A DNA stretch of 64,000 bases. Source: Octopus sinensis. Its lineage: Eukaryota. Position 1 is the stretch's first letter, and the number at the start of each line of letters is the position of its first letter. The stretch lies in NCBI RefSeq assembly GCF_006345805.1, contig NC_043000.1:104656001-104720000 (forward strand), written 5' to 3'. A model generated the notes under the pieces. It did not search any database and was not told where the DNA came from. It worked only from the letters and a program-made list of their open reading frames with translations. The position numbers were made by a program, and so were the translations under genes. Below, piece by piece: positions 51,896 to 64,000 of the stretch.

Positions 51896-52279
51896 ATAAT
51901 ATATATGTATATACTTGGAAATGGATGCGTGGCGTTCGATCATATAAAAATATAAATAATATATAAATATATGCATATATACGTACATATATGTACATAC
52001 CTACATATATATGTGTTTATATGTATGCATATATGAGTACAGAACATCAAAACAACGTTGAACACAATGAGAAACAAAAACATAAAACAAAAACATAGAA
52101 ACGAACTTTTTTTCAAAGAACGAAAAAAAACAGAGAAACAAGACATACAACACAAGGAATATTCACCTTCTTCAGTTGTCCCTGTTTTCATCTACTCCGC
52201 GTATACGTATGTGTGTGTATATACATACATTTACATAAACCTTCGTGCGCGCATGCACACACTCACACATACACACACT

Positions 52280-52374
<95 letters not shown>

Positions 52375-52766
52375 ATAAAGAAAAATATAGGGTACTCTTT
52401 AAATTTTTAAAAAAGAACACCATTATTTCAGCAACGAAAAGACAAATACTCTGTTTTAGGCCTTTAGAATTGGCTACTGTAGCTTATTCGATGAGGATTA
52501 AAATATTTTATATGATTTCTCGAAATCTCGATGATTTACTGCTAACAATTTCAGGTAAAAATCCATTGATATGATTTTGATTTTAAAGATATATTACTGC
52601 CAACTTTGTAAAAGCAAAATCTACGATTAATAAGAAAAAAACTTTGAAAAATATAGTTAGTACTGAAGTTGTGTATAATTGAAGCTTTGACAATTCATTC
52701 CAGAACATATCTATAAGAAAGTAAATGAACTACAGAAAATAGTTGTGAAATAAATGTAATATAATG

Positions 52767-53377
52767 GTTTCAAATTTTGCCCCAAGGGCAGCGATTTGGG
52801 TGGGGGGATGAATCAATTACATTGACCTTAGTATTCAACTGGTACTTATTTTATCGACTCCGAAAGGATGAAAGTTAAAGTCAACCTCAGCGGAATTTGA
52901 ACTCAGAACGTAGTGACAGGCGAAATACCTATTTCTTTACTATCCACAAGGGGCTAAACACAGAGAGGACAAACAAGGACAGACAAACGGATCAAGTCGA
53001 TTATATCGATCCCCAGTGCGTAACTGGTACTTATTTAATCGACCCCGAAAGGATGAAAGGCAAAGTCGACCTCGGCGGAATTTGAACTCAGAACGTAGCG
53101 ACTGGCGAAATACCGCTAAGCATTTAATCCAGCGCGCCAACGATTCTTATTTCTTTATTGCCCACAAGGGGCTAAACATAAAGGGAACAAATAAGGACAG
53201 ACAAAGGGATTAAGTCGATTACATCGATCCCAGTGCGTAACTGGTACTTAATTTATCGACCCCGAAAGGATGAAAGGCAAAGTCGACCTCGGTGGAATTT
53301 GAACTCAGAAAGTAACGGCAGACGAAATATCGCTAAGCCTTTCGCCCGGCGTGGTAACGTTTCTGCCAGCTCACCTC
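52767..53377 (-). mobile_element. Chain of three head-to-tail SINE family A copies
   Basis: The CCGAAAGGATGAAAG..AAAGTC core repeats at about 52860, 53045 and 53262. Two copies have tail type 1 and one older copy has a different tail. Confidence 0.88.
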
Positions 53378-53666
53378 GTAAATGTAATGTAATAATGAAA
53401 CTCGTATTTACGGAGGAAAAAAATTACTCAATGAATATCATTGTTAAACGTGTGATCTAAAATCTACCCCACACTAAGAATGAGACTCAAAGAATAATTA
53501 AATAAATATATATACAACAGGATTTAAGAAATGTATTATCTATCAAAAGAAAACTAATATATTGGATGTATCATAAAAAGAGGTACCAAAAGAACGTATT
53601 TCGCTATATAGAAACTAAAATGTAAAGAAGGTGCTTTCGACAAAATAACTGATGTTGTAATACATA

Positions 53667-54120
53667 TCTCTTATTATAAAAGGCAGATTTTATCTGCCTC
53701 CCTTTGTATCTTATAGAAATCTACAATATAGGATTTCTTCAATTACAATTTACCTAGCATTTTTAAGAGTAGAATGCATCGGGTCATGCCAGGTCCAGTT
53801 TTTAAAATTTAAACTCCAATTAAGCAAAATTTACAGAAAACTCACATTCTGGTGTGTATGTCAAATGCTTTTCTTAGTCTGGTTTACAGCACACGCAAAC
53901 GCACACACACAGTGTGCTACGAATAAAGTGAAAGTAATTCAGTGTGTTGACAGGTAGACAATAGAATGCGGTGACGATGGCGATGTAATATTTGTTTCTG
54001 TCTATGACGCTGATAGATACATGAGTAAAATGTATGGGAAGCTAAGACATAAGAGTGAGTGAAAATGTTCTTGGAAGAGAGTAAATAGCAAGAGAGAGTG
54101 ATTTGAGGAAGACTTTACAT
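53667..54120 (+). mobile_element. Probable Helitron-type 5' part (3'-truncated)
   Basis: A|TCTCTTATTATAAAAGGCAGATTTTATCTGCCT: a 5' TC after A, an AT-rich start like the 55184 element, and a small hairpin. No CTAG end found. Confidence 0.45.
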
Positions 54121-54574
54121 TAAATAACCGTAGTGGCTTGTGTTAGTAATAAAGTAAACATACACTCATACATACATACATACATACATACATACATACA
54201 CACACACACATACACACACACATACATACATACACACACATACATACATACACACATACATACATACATATACATACATACATACATATACATACATACA
54301 CACACACACACATACACACACACACAGTATTGAAGCTTGAGAACAATCAGATACATTTGCAACACATCTGTTGAAAATATTATTGTTCACACACATACAT
54401 ATACATATATACATACAGACAGACAGACAGATAGACACACACACACACACATGATCCAGCATGGCCACAACCTCAAGGCTGAAACATATAAAAGAATAAC
54501 AGAATATAAATGTGTGCATGTGTGTGAGAGAGAGAGAGTGTGTGTATATGTATGTATGTATGTATATATATATA

Positions 54575-55165
54575 ATAATGCGGTTTTTTCAACAGCTTGA
54601 ACTAAATGTCAGAGGGGAATGGGATAAACTACTTATATTAACTTGCTATAAAAGCAGGTAGTAATTTTATCTTGTCCTTATTCATAGTGCAAGTTTTGAA
54701 GAGTGCATTTCGATTTTAACAGCTATTTTTTTCAAAGCTATGTTGGAAGTAACAAAGGAGCATATTTGGCATATTTTGCTTTATGAGTTCAATAAAGACA
54801 ACAACGCAACGGAAAGTACAAGAAATATTAATGCAGTATATGGGGATTGGACAATAAGCGTAAGGCAGTGTCAATGGTGGTTCCAGAAATTCTGAGCCAT
54901 AAACTACAGCCTAGAAGACGAGCCTCATCCTGAAAGATCTGTAGAACTCGACAAGGACATCCTGAAAACCCTGGTGGAACAAAATCTCATCGTAACTGTT
55001 GAGGAACTAGCAGAGAAGCTTGGATTTGGTCATTCAACCATTCATTGAGACCTGTGTGCTATCGGAAAAGTCAGCAAATTGGGTCAATGGGTTCCTCACG
55101 AACTTCCCGAGTCTAATTGCATGCAGAGAGTGAATGTATGCTTTTCTTTGCTGTCACATCTCACC
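54575..55165 (+). mobile_element. mariner transposon 5' half (defective)
   Basis: From ATG 54740: MLEVTKEHIWHILLYEFNK..NINAVYGD..WWFQKF*..SLEDEP..LGQWVPHEL. The recognisable reading stops just before the Helitron. Confidence 0.88.
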
Positions 55166-55183
55166 ACTACTGCGCTATGTATA

Positions 55184-55820
55184 TCTATATATATAAAACT
55201 GTAGTTGTGTGAGTGTCTGTCCCCTTCGATTTAGATTCCTAACTACTCCCACATTTTGCGGTGCAGTTTAACCAAATTCGGGTAGCTTATAGTCGTGATT
55301 CATATCGAGCCCGTCTGAGTATTAGCGCGCGTCTACGATGAGTCTACGATTTTAAAAATAATTTAACATAATTTTTTATTCCATTTTAATGCATAATTTT
55401 TCGTGTGTCGATGGCGGCGGAGTTGGCGTCCACGCTCACACCTGCACCTGTGGGGAAGGGAGTGTAAGGAAATCAACGTCGTAATGCGTTGTCAAGGAGA
55501 CCAGCGTTCTTTTAGAACAACGACTTCATGGCTTGAAGACACCAAAACAGAAATGGCTAAGAAAGCGTCTACATGAGTCTACAATTTAAAAAAAAATTTA
55601 CCATCGTTTTTTTTCCATTTTAATGCATTTTTTCGCTATTATATAAGGGAAGTAACTCTCTAAAAATGTCTACGATGAGTCAACGATTTAAAAAAAAATT
55701 TACCATCATGTTTTTTCCATTTTTAATGCATTTTTTGCTATTTTTCGGCTATAACTCTCTAAAAATGCTTATATAGTTATTTCCCTTACAAACCCGAGCA
55801 ACGCCGGGCGATACTGCTAG
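55184..55820 (+). mobile_element. Complete non-autonomous Helitron (~637 bp)
   Basis: 5' A|TCTATATATATAAAAC, 3' hairpin CCCGAGCAACGCCGGG followed by CTAG|T, and no TSD. Three internal copies of GTCTAC(G)ATGAGTC.AC.ATTT..AAAA..ATTTA at about 55331, 55567 and 55668. Confidence 0.88.
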
Positions 55821-58094
55821 TAATGTTATAAAAATTCAGTTAATGTTATAAAATTCAGTGTAATGTCAATACTCACACTACAAAACATAATACACATTAG
55901 TACATCAACACGTTTAAAAACAGAAAGAAAAGTTTTAAAAAAGCATTATAAAAATATATGAATATATAGTTCAAATATACGAAAAAAAAAAGAAAAAGAA
56001 AGTTATGATTGCGTCTATTATATATACAGAGGCCTTGATCTATATCTACATAAAAAATATAGAACATCAAAGCATCTCTATTCATAGATGTATTTACAAT
56101 TCAAAGAAGTAATTCATACCAACTATGGCGATATCAACCAAAATCATTCCATACTAACTTGTATTCTCCATTTTGAGAATATGATATATTTTTTACTACT
56201 ATAAGAAAAATATTCACGTATAATTTAAAATGTAAAAGCAAGCGTGTTCGTAAAGGACCCCACGAAACTCTTAATTATTAAAATAATCGAAACATCACAG
56301 AAATTTATAAAATAGTCAAAATATGAAAGTATGCCGATTGATATAAAACCTGGTGTATATAAATATATACATTGGACTGTCCATAAAGGCTCAGACATCT
56401 CACTGTGTGAATGCAAGACCAAAGAGATTTACATACATATTTCACCCTTCTCTACTATCATTGCTCAAAACATGATAGGCTTTGCTGTACATTGCTATGA
56501 TGCTAAACACCAGATTCTATAAAATGCTTTGGAGATCTCCGCACCCTAGCAGAGCACGGATACCACTCTTATAAGAAACGAAACATGAAAATGCGGAACC
56601 ATCATAGCTAATGGGAAACAGAGATTCCAGGCACGGGGTGTTGAAACGCATTTTAAAAGAGGAAGCAGAAACTGTTCAGTCTCATCTCACTTAGGAGAAA
56701 TTTTATTATCTAACAATTTTATTTGCTCTATGAATGTAACATGAGAAAAAATAGGCTTGTCTTCGTCTTAGATTACTATTGTTATTCCATTTACATCTAT
56801 GCTTTTATAGTAAGGAATATCAAATCAACCTTAGTACTTGACTGGTACTATATTTATAATCGACTCCGGCAAATGTATGAAATGTCAGGTTGATGATAAC
56901 TGTAGAAGACATGTTGGGAAACATTACTTTTCAGAATGATGAGATGAGAGAAATTCTGATATTAAAATGAACTTGGATGATAGCGTATCCAATCAATCAG
57001 CGAAGCAACCAATCAGTCAACCACTCAGAAATACTGTTAGCGAACACATGTATCTCCCATGATGGAATCAAATTATTTTCTTACAATCTGCCAACTTCAA
57101 ATATACTGTAAGAAAATAGACATCGTCTTACAATATCAATTCATTTCAGATATTCTTACGTAGAAGTAAATCAAAGCTTCTCACAGAATACTGACATATT
57201 GAGTGACTGAAATTATGTTGGAACACATGTATTAAAACGAAAGATCTGGAGCCCGTAAAAAGTGAAATTTGTTTTGGTACAACTACAAGCTTCTGTATAT
57301 GTATAAACATAGTTTCGTGCATGGCACTTATCAAAGTCTTGGCCCCTAAGTCACTATGTAACTTCTGTTAATCACCAGCCAAAAATAAAAAGTATGTATA
57401 TATTCTAATATATTGAGTTTTATATATTCTGTTTGTTCAACCAAACACACATACACACACACCACCACCACCACCACCACCACCACCACCACCACCACCA
57501 CACCACCACCACCACCACCACCACCACCACCACCACCACTACCACTACCACCACACCACACACACATACATTGATATCCATTTGCACTCATCAGTATTAT
57601 ATTAAAATAAATATTAATAAAATAAAATCTTTAAATAAGGCACTCAGTGCATTCGTGTAACAGACCTCTTTGGGCCCACATGCGTTGATCGCCGACTGGA
57701 AATCGGATAACTTCATATCCGTGGCAACCGCGAAACTTCATGTACTGCATGTGAGTGTGCCTTGCTTAGAGTATATATTAATTAGAGTCCTCTATTTCAA
57801 TGAGGTCTACTTCTTTTTCTGTGACACACGTGGTTTATCAATGTACAGTGAGTGAGTGTGTGTGAATGTGTGTGTATGTTTGTGTTGTGTGTGCGCGCGT
57901 ATGTGGATGTGTATTAAACTTTGCAGTATGGTCAGGACCTTTCACAGAAATCCACAGACAAAATTTCATTCAGGATTGCGACCAAACTTTTGACATTTCA
58001 TAAAAGACTACTAATAAAAATTAAATGAAAGTGAACGCATAAGTATTTGTGTGTTTTTAAACGCTAAAATGATCCATCCACAATATAATTGTTC

Positions 58095-58400
58095 CAGTTT
58101 CAATACACGAATTCAGACCATCCTTTGTGAAATAGGCATGGCTTTAGATATAAGGGGGCCATTACTGTTTAACATCCTGCCAAGGAACCTAAGAGATCTG
58201 TAAGGTGTAGATGTGGAAACGTTTAAAAAGCACGTGGACAAATTTCTATCAGAAGTCCCAGATAGGCCCACATCGCAGCAAAAGCACAAAGAAGACCAGC
58301 TTCGTCCAACTCGCTTCTTCATCAAAAACAGTACCGAAAGGAGACCCCAAATCACCGAAAATCAGTGCTCCAGCATGACTCCACCCTCTAGCTGCAACCG
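58095..58400 (+). mobile_element. CR1/L2-group LINE 3' end
   Basis: Translates to FRYKGPLLFNILPRNLRDL*GVDVETFKKHVDKFLSEVPDRP, a typical APE-type LINE ORF2 C-terminus. Confidence 0.7.
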
Positions 58401-58408
58401 ATAAAAGA

Positions 58409-58472
<64 letters not shown>

Positions 58473-58689
58473 ATGTATGTATGTATGTATGTATGCATAT
58501 GTATATGTATATGTATATATGTAGGTATGTATGTATACATACATATATTCACCAAAACCAGTACAGAAAAGAAAACAAAAACACATTGAAAGTGGTGCTC
58601 CAGCATGGCAGCAGCCTAATGACTGAATCAGCAAAAGAGTAAAAGATTAAACCACTGATGGGTGTTACTGTCCCATTCATGTTTTCTGT

Positions 58690-59040
58690 TGTGGCTTAGT
58701 CTGTCTATTGCTATGTGCGTAGCTTCTGTGATCTAAGTGTCGTGTCAGTTCTATGCGTTGATAATAACCTTAACTTCTATGCTATTAACCGAGCCTCTAT
58801 GTTCTGCTTAAGCTTGTTGGTAGAGCACCGACGAGCCTTTCTCTTCTTTGAGCTCTCGCCAGTGTTCACCTATGCGGTCCCCTATGCTGCATGCAGCCTC
58901 CCCAATGTAAGTAGTAGTTATGTTTCTGCACCGTCCCTCAGTAAATCGCAAGTTATACACTATATTCTTAACCTTACAGTTAACCTGTGGGTTCATCCTG
59001 CATGCAATACAATCGCTCTCCGTACATGGGGACCTATCGA
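58690..59040 (-). mobile_element. PLE GIY-YIG endonuclease remnant
   Basis: ORF 58808-58996 (minus): CKVKNIVYNL...TYIGEAACSIGDRIGEH. Confidence 0.72.
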
Positions 59041-59044
59041 AGGG

Positions 59045-59175
<131 letters not shown>

Positions 59176-59261
59176 TATATATATATAATATATATATATA
59201 TATATACATATATGGTATATTCATGTAAATTCTTGTTCAGCACGTTCGAGTGCACTCGGAC

Positions 59262-59850
59262 GTGAGAAAATAGTCCCGAGAAAGTATGCTCCTTCTAGAT
59301 ATGTGTGAAAACATAACATGGCTGTGAATTACGCCATTTGAACATAAGGCACATGCATTTCTGAATCGTTTCACTGCATCAGCTACGAACATCAAATCTG
59401 TCAATCACAGTCCAGTGGGGACGAAATTATTCTTGTGTCTTCAAACATATCTAACAGGAAAATTTTCTCTCAGGATCATCTCTGCAACAGAAGGTCTTCT
59501 TACATATGAAGGCATTCGAACCAGGTGAATATGACTACACGAATATATTTCAGTCAACGCTGCTTCGTGCGAGATTATTGATTTAATCCTAGCAAGAGCA
59601 AGGTTTACGCCCATCAGAATACATACAATATGTTGTTTTAATATGAATCTGTTTTAAAAAGAATAATTTCGTTCTTATCGGGCTTGAAAATTATTCGACG
59701 TTCGTAGCTGACAAAGTGAAGCGACACAGAAGTGCAAGTATCTTACAATCCAAGGGCGTCGTTCACACCATATCTTGTTTTCACATACGTCTAACAAAAT
59801 AATTTTCTCTCGAGACTATTTCCGCAGCGAAAAGTCTTCTCAGGTATTAA
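59262..59850. repeat. Diverged inverted repeat (59262-59397 vs 59694-59827) with hammerhead relics and a partial third direct copy
   Basis: The minus arm reads CTGATGCAG-TGAA-ACGA-TTCA-GAAA-TGCA and the plus arm CTGACAAA-GTG-AAGCGA-CAC-AGAAG. 59430-59505 resembles 59773-59845. Confidence 0.65.
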
Positions 59851-60161
59851 TGAACACGAAAGTGTTTAGTATGGGTTTTATAGGAATGTGTGTGTGTGTA
59901 TACACATAAATACACTTGTACACACACACACACACACACACATTTGTAAGCATGTTTAGCATTTTTCATCCGTCTAAAACCAGTGATATTGTTCATATTA
60001 TACTTATGAATGTCTTGTAACTTAACTGTTTGTCAAATACGTTGTAGTAAAAAAAGATGGCTGGAGCCAGTAAATTATTAAAAGTGTGTATGTATGTATG
60101 TGTGCACACACACATATAGATATTTCTTTGCACATACATACATACATACATACATATATAC

Positions 60162-60249
<88 letters not shown>

Positions 60250-60976
60250 AAATAAGGATTCAGATAGAAGCAGGTACTTGAAAAGATATGCACTCGGTAG
60301 GATTGGATAAACTATTGGTTCTAGCCTATGGTTGGTAAGTATTAAATAGGATATTCCAGTTGTTTATACAGAGAAACCAACCCTATGAGTATTTAGCGCT
60401 TAGGGGCTGGTCCAAAGCACGCGTTACGTTGAATTGTACGTTGTTGGTTTACTCTAGTGTGTCCGACTAGTCGTAAATCCACTTGGTGTATTATAATCAA
60501 ATTGTTTGTAAAATTACGTTTCATCTGATGATTACGGTTTTTTGTAATGAAGCAATGCTCTCATACTTCTATTAAAAATGCGTAACAAACAGTTGTAATA
60601 ATGAGCTGACAATAATCCATCGTCTGTTATTATTTATTACACGCGCATACACACACATGTACAGTACGTAACATGTTGCTGTGCTGTCTGTATTTGTTAT
60701 TGTCGTTCTTTTGCCCCAGATCATTCGTGATCGTACATGTCTATCAACGATCAAAAGCGTTTCAGCCGTGACTATATCTGTTAGATCTCCAAATCTAACA
60801 GACATGTTCGAAAGTACTCCAGCCATGAGCGTTTCGACTTTTACCTTGTGACAGTGTGTTCAAGAGCATACAATGCAATTTGTACTTCTTTTCTAAGTCA
60901 ATGGAGTGTGATTCGAGGGCAATTTTGACTGCTGTTTGTATCAGCTAAGTGATTACGTACAAAGTCCCACACATCA

Positions 60977-62140
60977 CAGGCAAACTGGGACCATTTGAAT
61001 ATCTTTTATATAATTGGTATAACTCGGAAAAATCAAGCTCTGCAAGTTTTACGTTTATGCAAATTTATTGTGGAGTGTTTTGCACTTTTTTCTGTTCAAT
61101 TTGACCGTCATTTGCTTTCTTTACTAGTTCAATTTGTTTACTAAATTACGCACGTGCCTTAACTATTTCTTCCTTTTTCATTTTACTGAATGCTTGCTTG
61201 ATAGAAGCCTTCAGTGAAGACACAAAGTTGTGAGAAATTACGTTGGATATTGCTTCAGCTCTACCTCATAGCCAAAACTCACACGGATTACAATCCGACT
61301 AGCTCGGGGACCAGATATCTTTAGGGACAAACATGGGCAATTCTTCAAAAATTCATACACTCTTTTCGAAGAATGGGCTGGCGCAGAGTTCTATACAAAC
61401 ATGACTCGACTTTCATCATAATGCTTCTTAATCCAAGGCAACAAAACTTCTAAGATTTTGAGATACTCTGCTGTGTTGATTTTAAGAACCGCTTCAATAA
61501 AATGAGGAGGCATCAATTTCCCATCACTTGCAACAGCCCCAAAGACCATAATGGAAACCGGATTCGTGAGTTTTGGCAGTTTGCAACTTCGTCCATCATG
61601 AACTTCTTTTCATCCACCAAGATGCGGACGTCTCCGTCACGATGTTTCAGATGACTAAGAAGTTTGGGACATCTTTCAGTTCGAATGGCTTTGGAGCGGG
61701 TAGTTTGGATGTTACAGTGTCTCTTCACGTACGGTTTCATATGTCTTGTCTCACAGCCCTAGAAACGGTCATTTTACTGATTCCTCGGTCTTGAGGCATC
61801 GATTTTGATGGGTTCGTCCCAATCAATCTTTCAAGTCCTGCTAAGAAACGAGGTGTGCGTTTTCGGTCACTGCGAGGACTATGGGGCTACAACTCTAAAA
61901 ACAGTACATTTGGCATACTTTGTGGATCTAACAATCTCCCCAGCACTTCGCCGGCGTGGAATAATTCAGCAATTACATTTCCGCGCTTTAATTCTTTATT
62001 AGCATTCGTATTTTTTTTTTCAATCTGAAATACAAAATAGTACAAGTGATTATTCAAGCTGGTAATATTTAAAATTTAGACTCCAACAAAATCTATAAAA
62101 TTAGAAATATACCCATTTGAGATTTGTCCCATTTTACCTG
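60977..62140 (-). mobile_element. Defective Tc1/mariner-superfamily transposon, maT (DD37D)-like
   Basis: TIRs CAGGCAAACTGGGACCATT and TTTGTCCCATTTTACCTG. Minus fragments VDEKKFMMD and WSPS*SDCNPCEFWL*G..N..H..VSSLKASI (WPPSSPDLNPLD-type motif). Confidence 0.8.
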
Positions 62141-62975
62141 TTACATACATGCATGTACACATACATATATACATACATACATACATACATACATACATAC
62201 ATACATACATACATACATACATGTATATATATGTATACACATACATACACACAAATGCAGATATGTGTGTGTGTATGTGTGTGTGTATCCAGAGAAACAG
62301 GTAGACAGACAAAAAGACAAACGTACGAACGGACAGATAGCAGAGGGAGATGCAGATTGGCAGAAGATAATGTTCGATAAATTTATAATAAATGAACGTT
62401 TAACTGTCACCAGACTCTTGGAATATTGCTTCCTTTGTGACAGCATCTGCAATATAATAGTGGGGACATAATCGTCTGCTAGCAGTTCTTTCTCATTATT
62501 TTCAATAGATATAAATGTATAGCATTTAATTTCATTTTACACCGACGTGTGTGTGCATGGGCGCACGTATCTATGTAAGTGTAAGTACATATATATATAT
62601 ATAATTGTGTGTGTGTGATGTGTGTGTGTGGTGTGTGTGTGTGCGTGTGCGTGTTGTGTGTGTGTGGGTCTATGTGTATTTTGCGTTACTAAAAGTTTCA
62701 CCGATGTAAAGGCACGTCTAATCTTCCAGAAGCTTCAATAGTGTGTTGCTAGTCGGTCACGGCTTCTAAATAATTTTGGCTGTCGTTATTTTGAAGCCAT
62801 GGCCGCCTCAACATTCAAACGTGCTTTTGCGTTTATAAAATGATTCATATTGTAAATGTGAGTTAAATTTTTATTACAAACATACATACATGCATACCTA
62901 CATACATACATACATACATACATACATACATACATACATACATACATACATACATACATACATACTTACATACTA

Positions 62976-63520
62976 TTGAGAAATCTGCAGTTACTCTACC
63001 CAGATAACAAGTTCAGGTTTATACCTATAATTACTGGGGTACTAGGATATGTAACACACTACCTAAATATCAATCTTGAGAAATTAAACTTCTCAAAACC
63101 AGAAAATAGAAAACTGATTCGAAGACAACAGATCCAATCCATCACTGGAACTGTAAAAATATGTAAAACTTTTCAGAAGTTTATCATTAAGTATATATGA
63201 GCATGTCTAGATATGCAAGTATATGCATGAGAAAACATACATAAAACAAAACATACAAATTTTCACGTATACATACATACATACATACATACATACATAC
63301 ATTCATACATACATACATACATACATACATACATACATACATACATACATACATACATACATACATACATTCATACATACATACATACATACATACATAC
63401 ATACATACATACATACCCGGTTGATTTTGCAATTCCAATGAAGGAGACTTTGGTCTAGGTTAGAAACCGGCTCTTTCTCTATTGGCAAAAAAATCTTGAA
63501 ATTTAACTGAATAATGATAT
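62976..63520 (+). mobile_element. R4/Dong-like LINE extreme 3' end plus 3' UTR, in a (TACA)n context
   Basis: LRNLQLLYPDNKFRFIPIITGVLGYV...GTVKICKTF, homologous to 49700-49875 (minus). Preceded by (TACA)n, with (ACAT)n downstream. Confidence 0.75.
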
Positions 63521-64000
63521 ACATAGATACCTACGTGCATACATAACATGGTGGCTGTAGACTCGTAAACGAGTATGATCATAACTGACAAATGATCTTA
63601 TCCTAGATGTTAAAGACAATGGCTGCCAGCAATGCCTGTGATGAAATTTAAAGTCAATAACAACTTGCACAACACCGCTATGACTCTCATCAACAATGCC
63701 AAGTAGTCCAGAAACAGGCATGAGCAAGATCTCCAGCTACACAACGAGACGTGCTATTTCGGAATTTCCTTCTACTAGCTAGAGAGATGTCTAAGTAAAG
63801 ACAAAGAGCCTCTCATTCCCAGTTGTTGGATGACCGTTAATTCTGTTTAGTTCATCCGTCCTTTAACAGGTTTTGTTTTGCATTCTGCAGGATGTCTAAC
63901 AGGAAGAAAAGAAAACTCTGCTTAGCAAATAGGCTTGGTACGGCTGCCGGTTTAGAAATCATCAGCCCGACCAGGTGACATGTTGCACCGGGTTACATGT

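Noticed and set aside
56100-56700. Non-repetitive-looking stretch with ORF 56331-56522
   Set aside because: No recognisable motifs or convincing splice sites.
57664-57756. Possible host exon (AG|ACCTCT...CTGCAT|GTGAGT, one open frame TSLGPHALIADWKSDNF...)
   Set aside because: Weak acceptor with no polypyrimidine tract and no recognisable protein similarity. It cannot be supported without RNA-seq.
60525-60560. CTGATGA-TTAC..GTAA-T-GAAG hammerhead-like motif
   Set aside because: GAAA is mutated and stems I and III cannot be closed; at most a relic.

Overview
AT-rich, microsatellite-saturated animal genomic DNA, intronic or intergenic. The SINE families and repeat landscape strongly resemble Octopus; this is recognition from memory, not a database search. 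I found no intact host gene, rRNA, tRNA or CRISPR array, and most listed ORFs are translations of (TA)n, (CA)n, (TACA)n, (AAT)n and (GTT)n repeats. Recognisable content is a transposable-element graveyard. It includes a near full-length degenerate Penelope-like element (PLE; RT plus GIY-YIG), several PLE fragments, R4/Dong-type LINE fragments and a CR1/L2-type 3' end. It also includes mariner, maT-like and pogo/Tigger relics, a Tc1/mariner MITE, non-autonomous Helitrons and three tRNA-derived SINE families. The most interesting structure is at 18435-19997: a non-coding head-to-tail array of about 2.4 units of ~556 bp. Each full unit carries a type I hammerhead ribozyme, and the array is preceded by an inverted segment that crosses the unit junction. 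It is a candidate cephalopod retrozyme-like, circular-RNA-derived non-autonomous PLE partner. Around it are many inverted-repeat modules with hammerhead relics, several sharing a sequence-divergent but structurally conserved terminal hairpin next to (TA)n. Also notable are a multi-template-switch repair scar inside a LINE and a 312-bp duplication that ends exactly at a transposon TIR.
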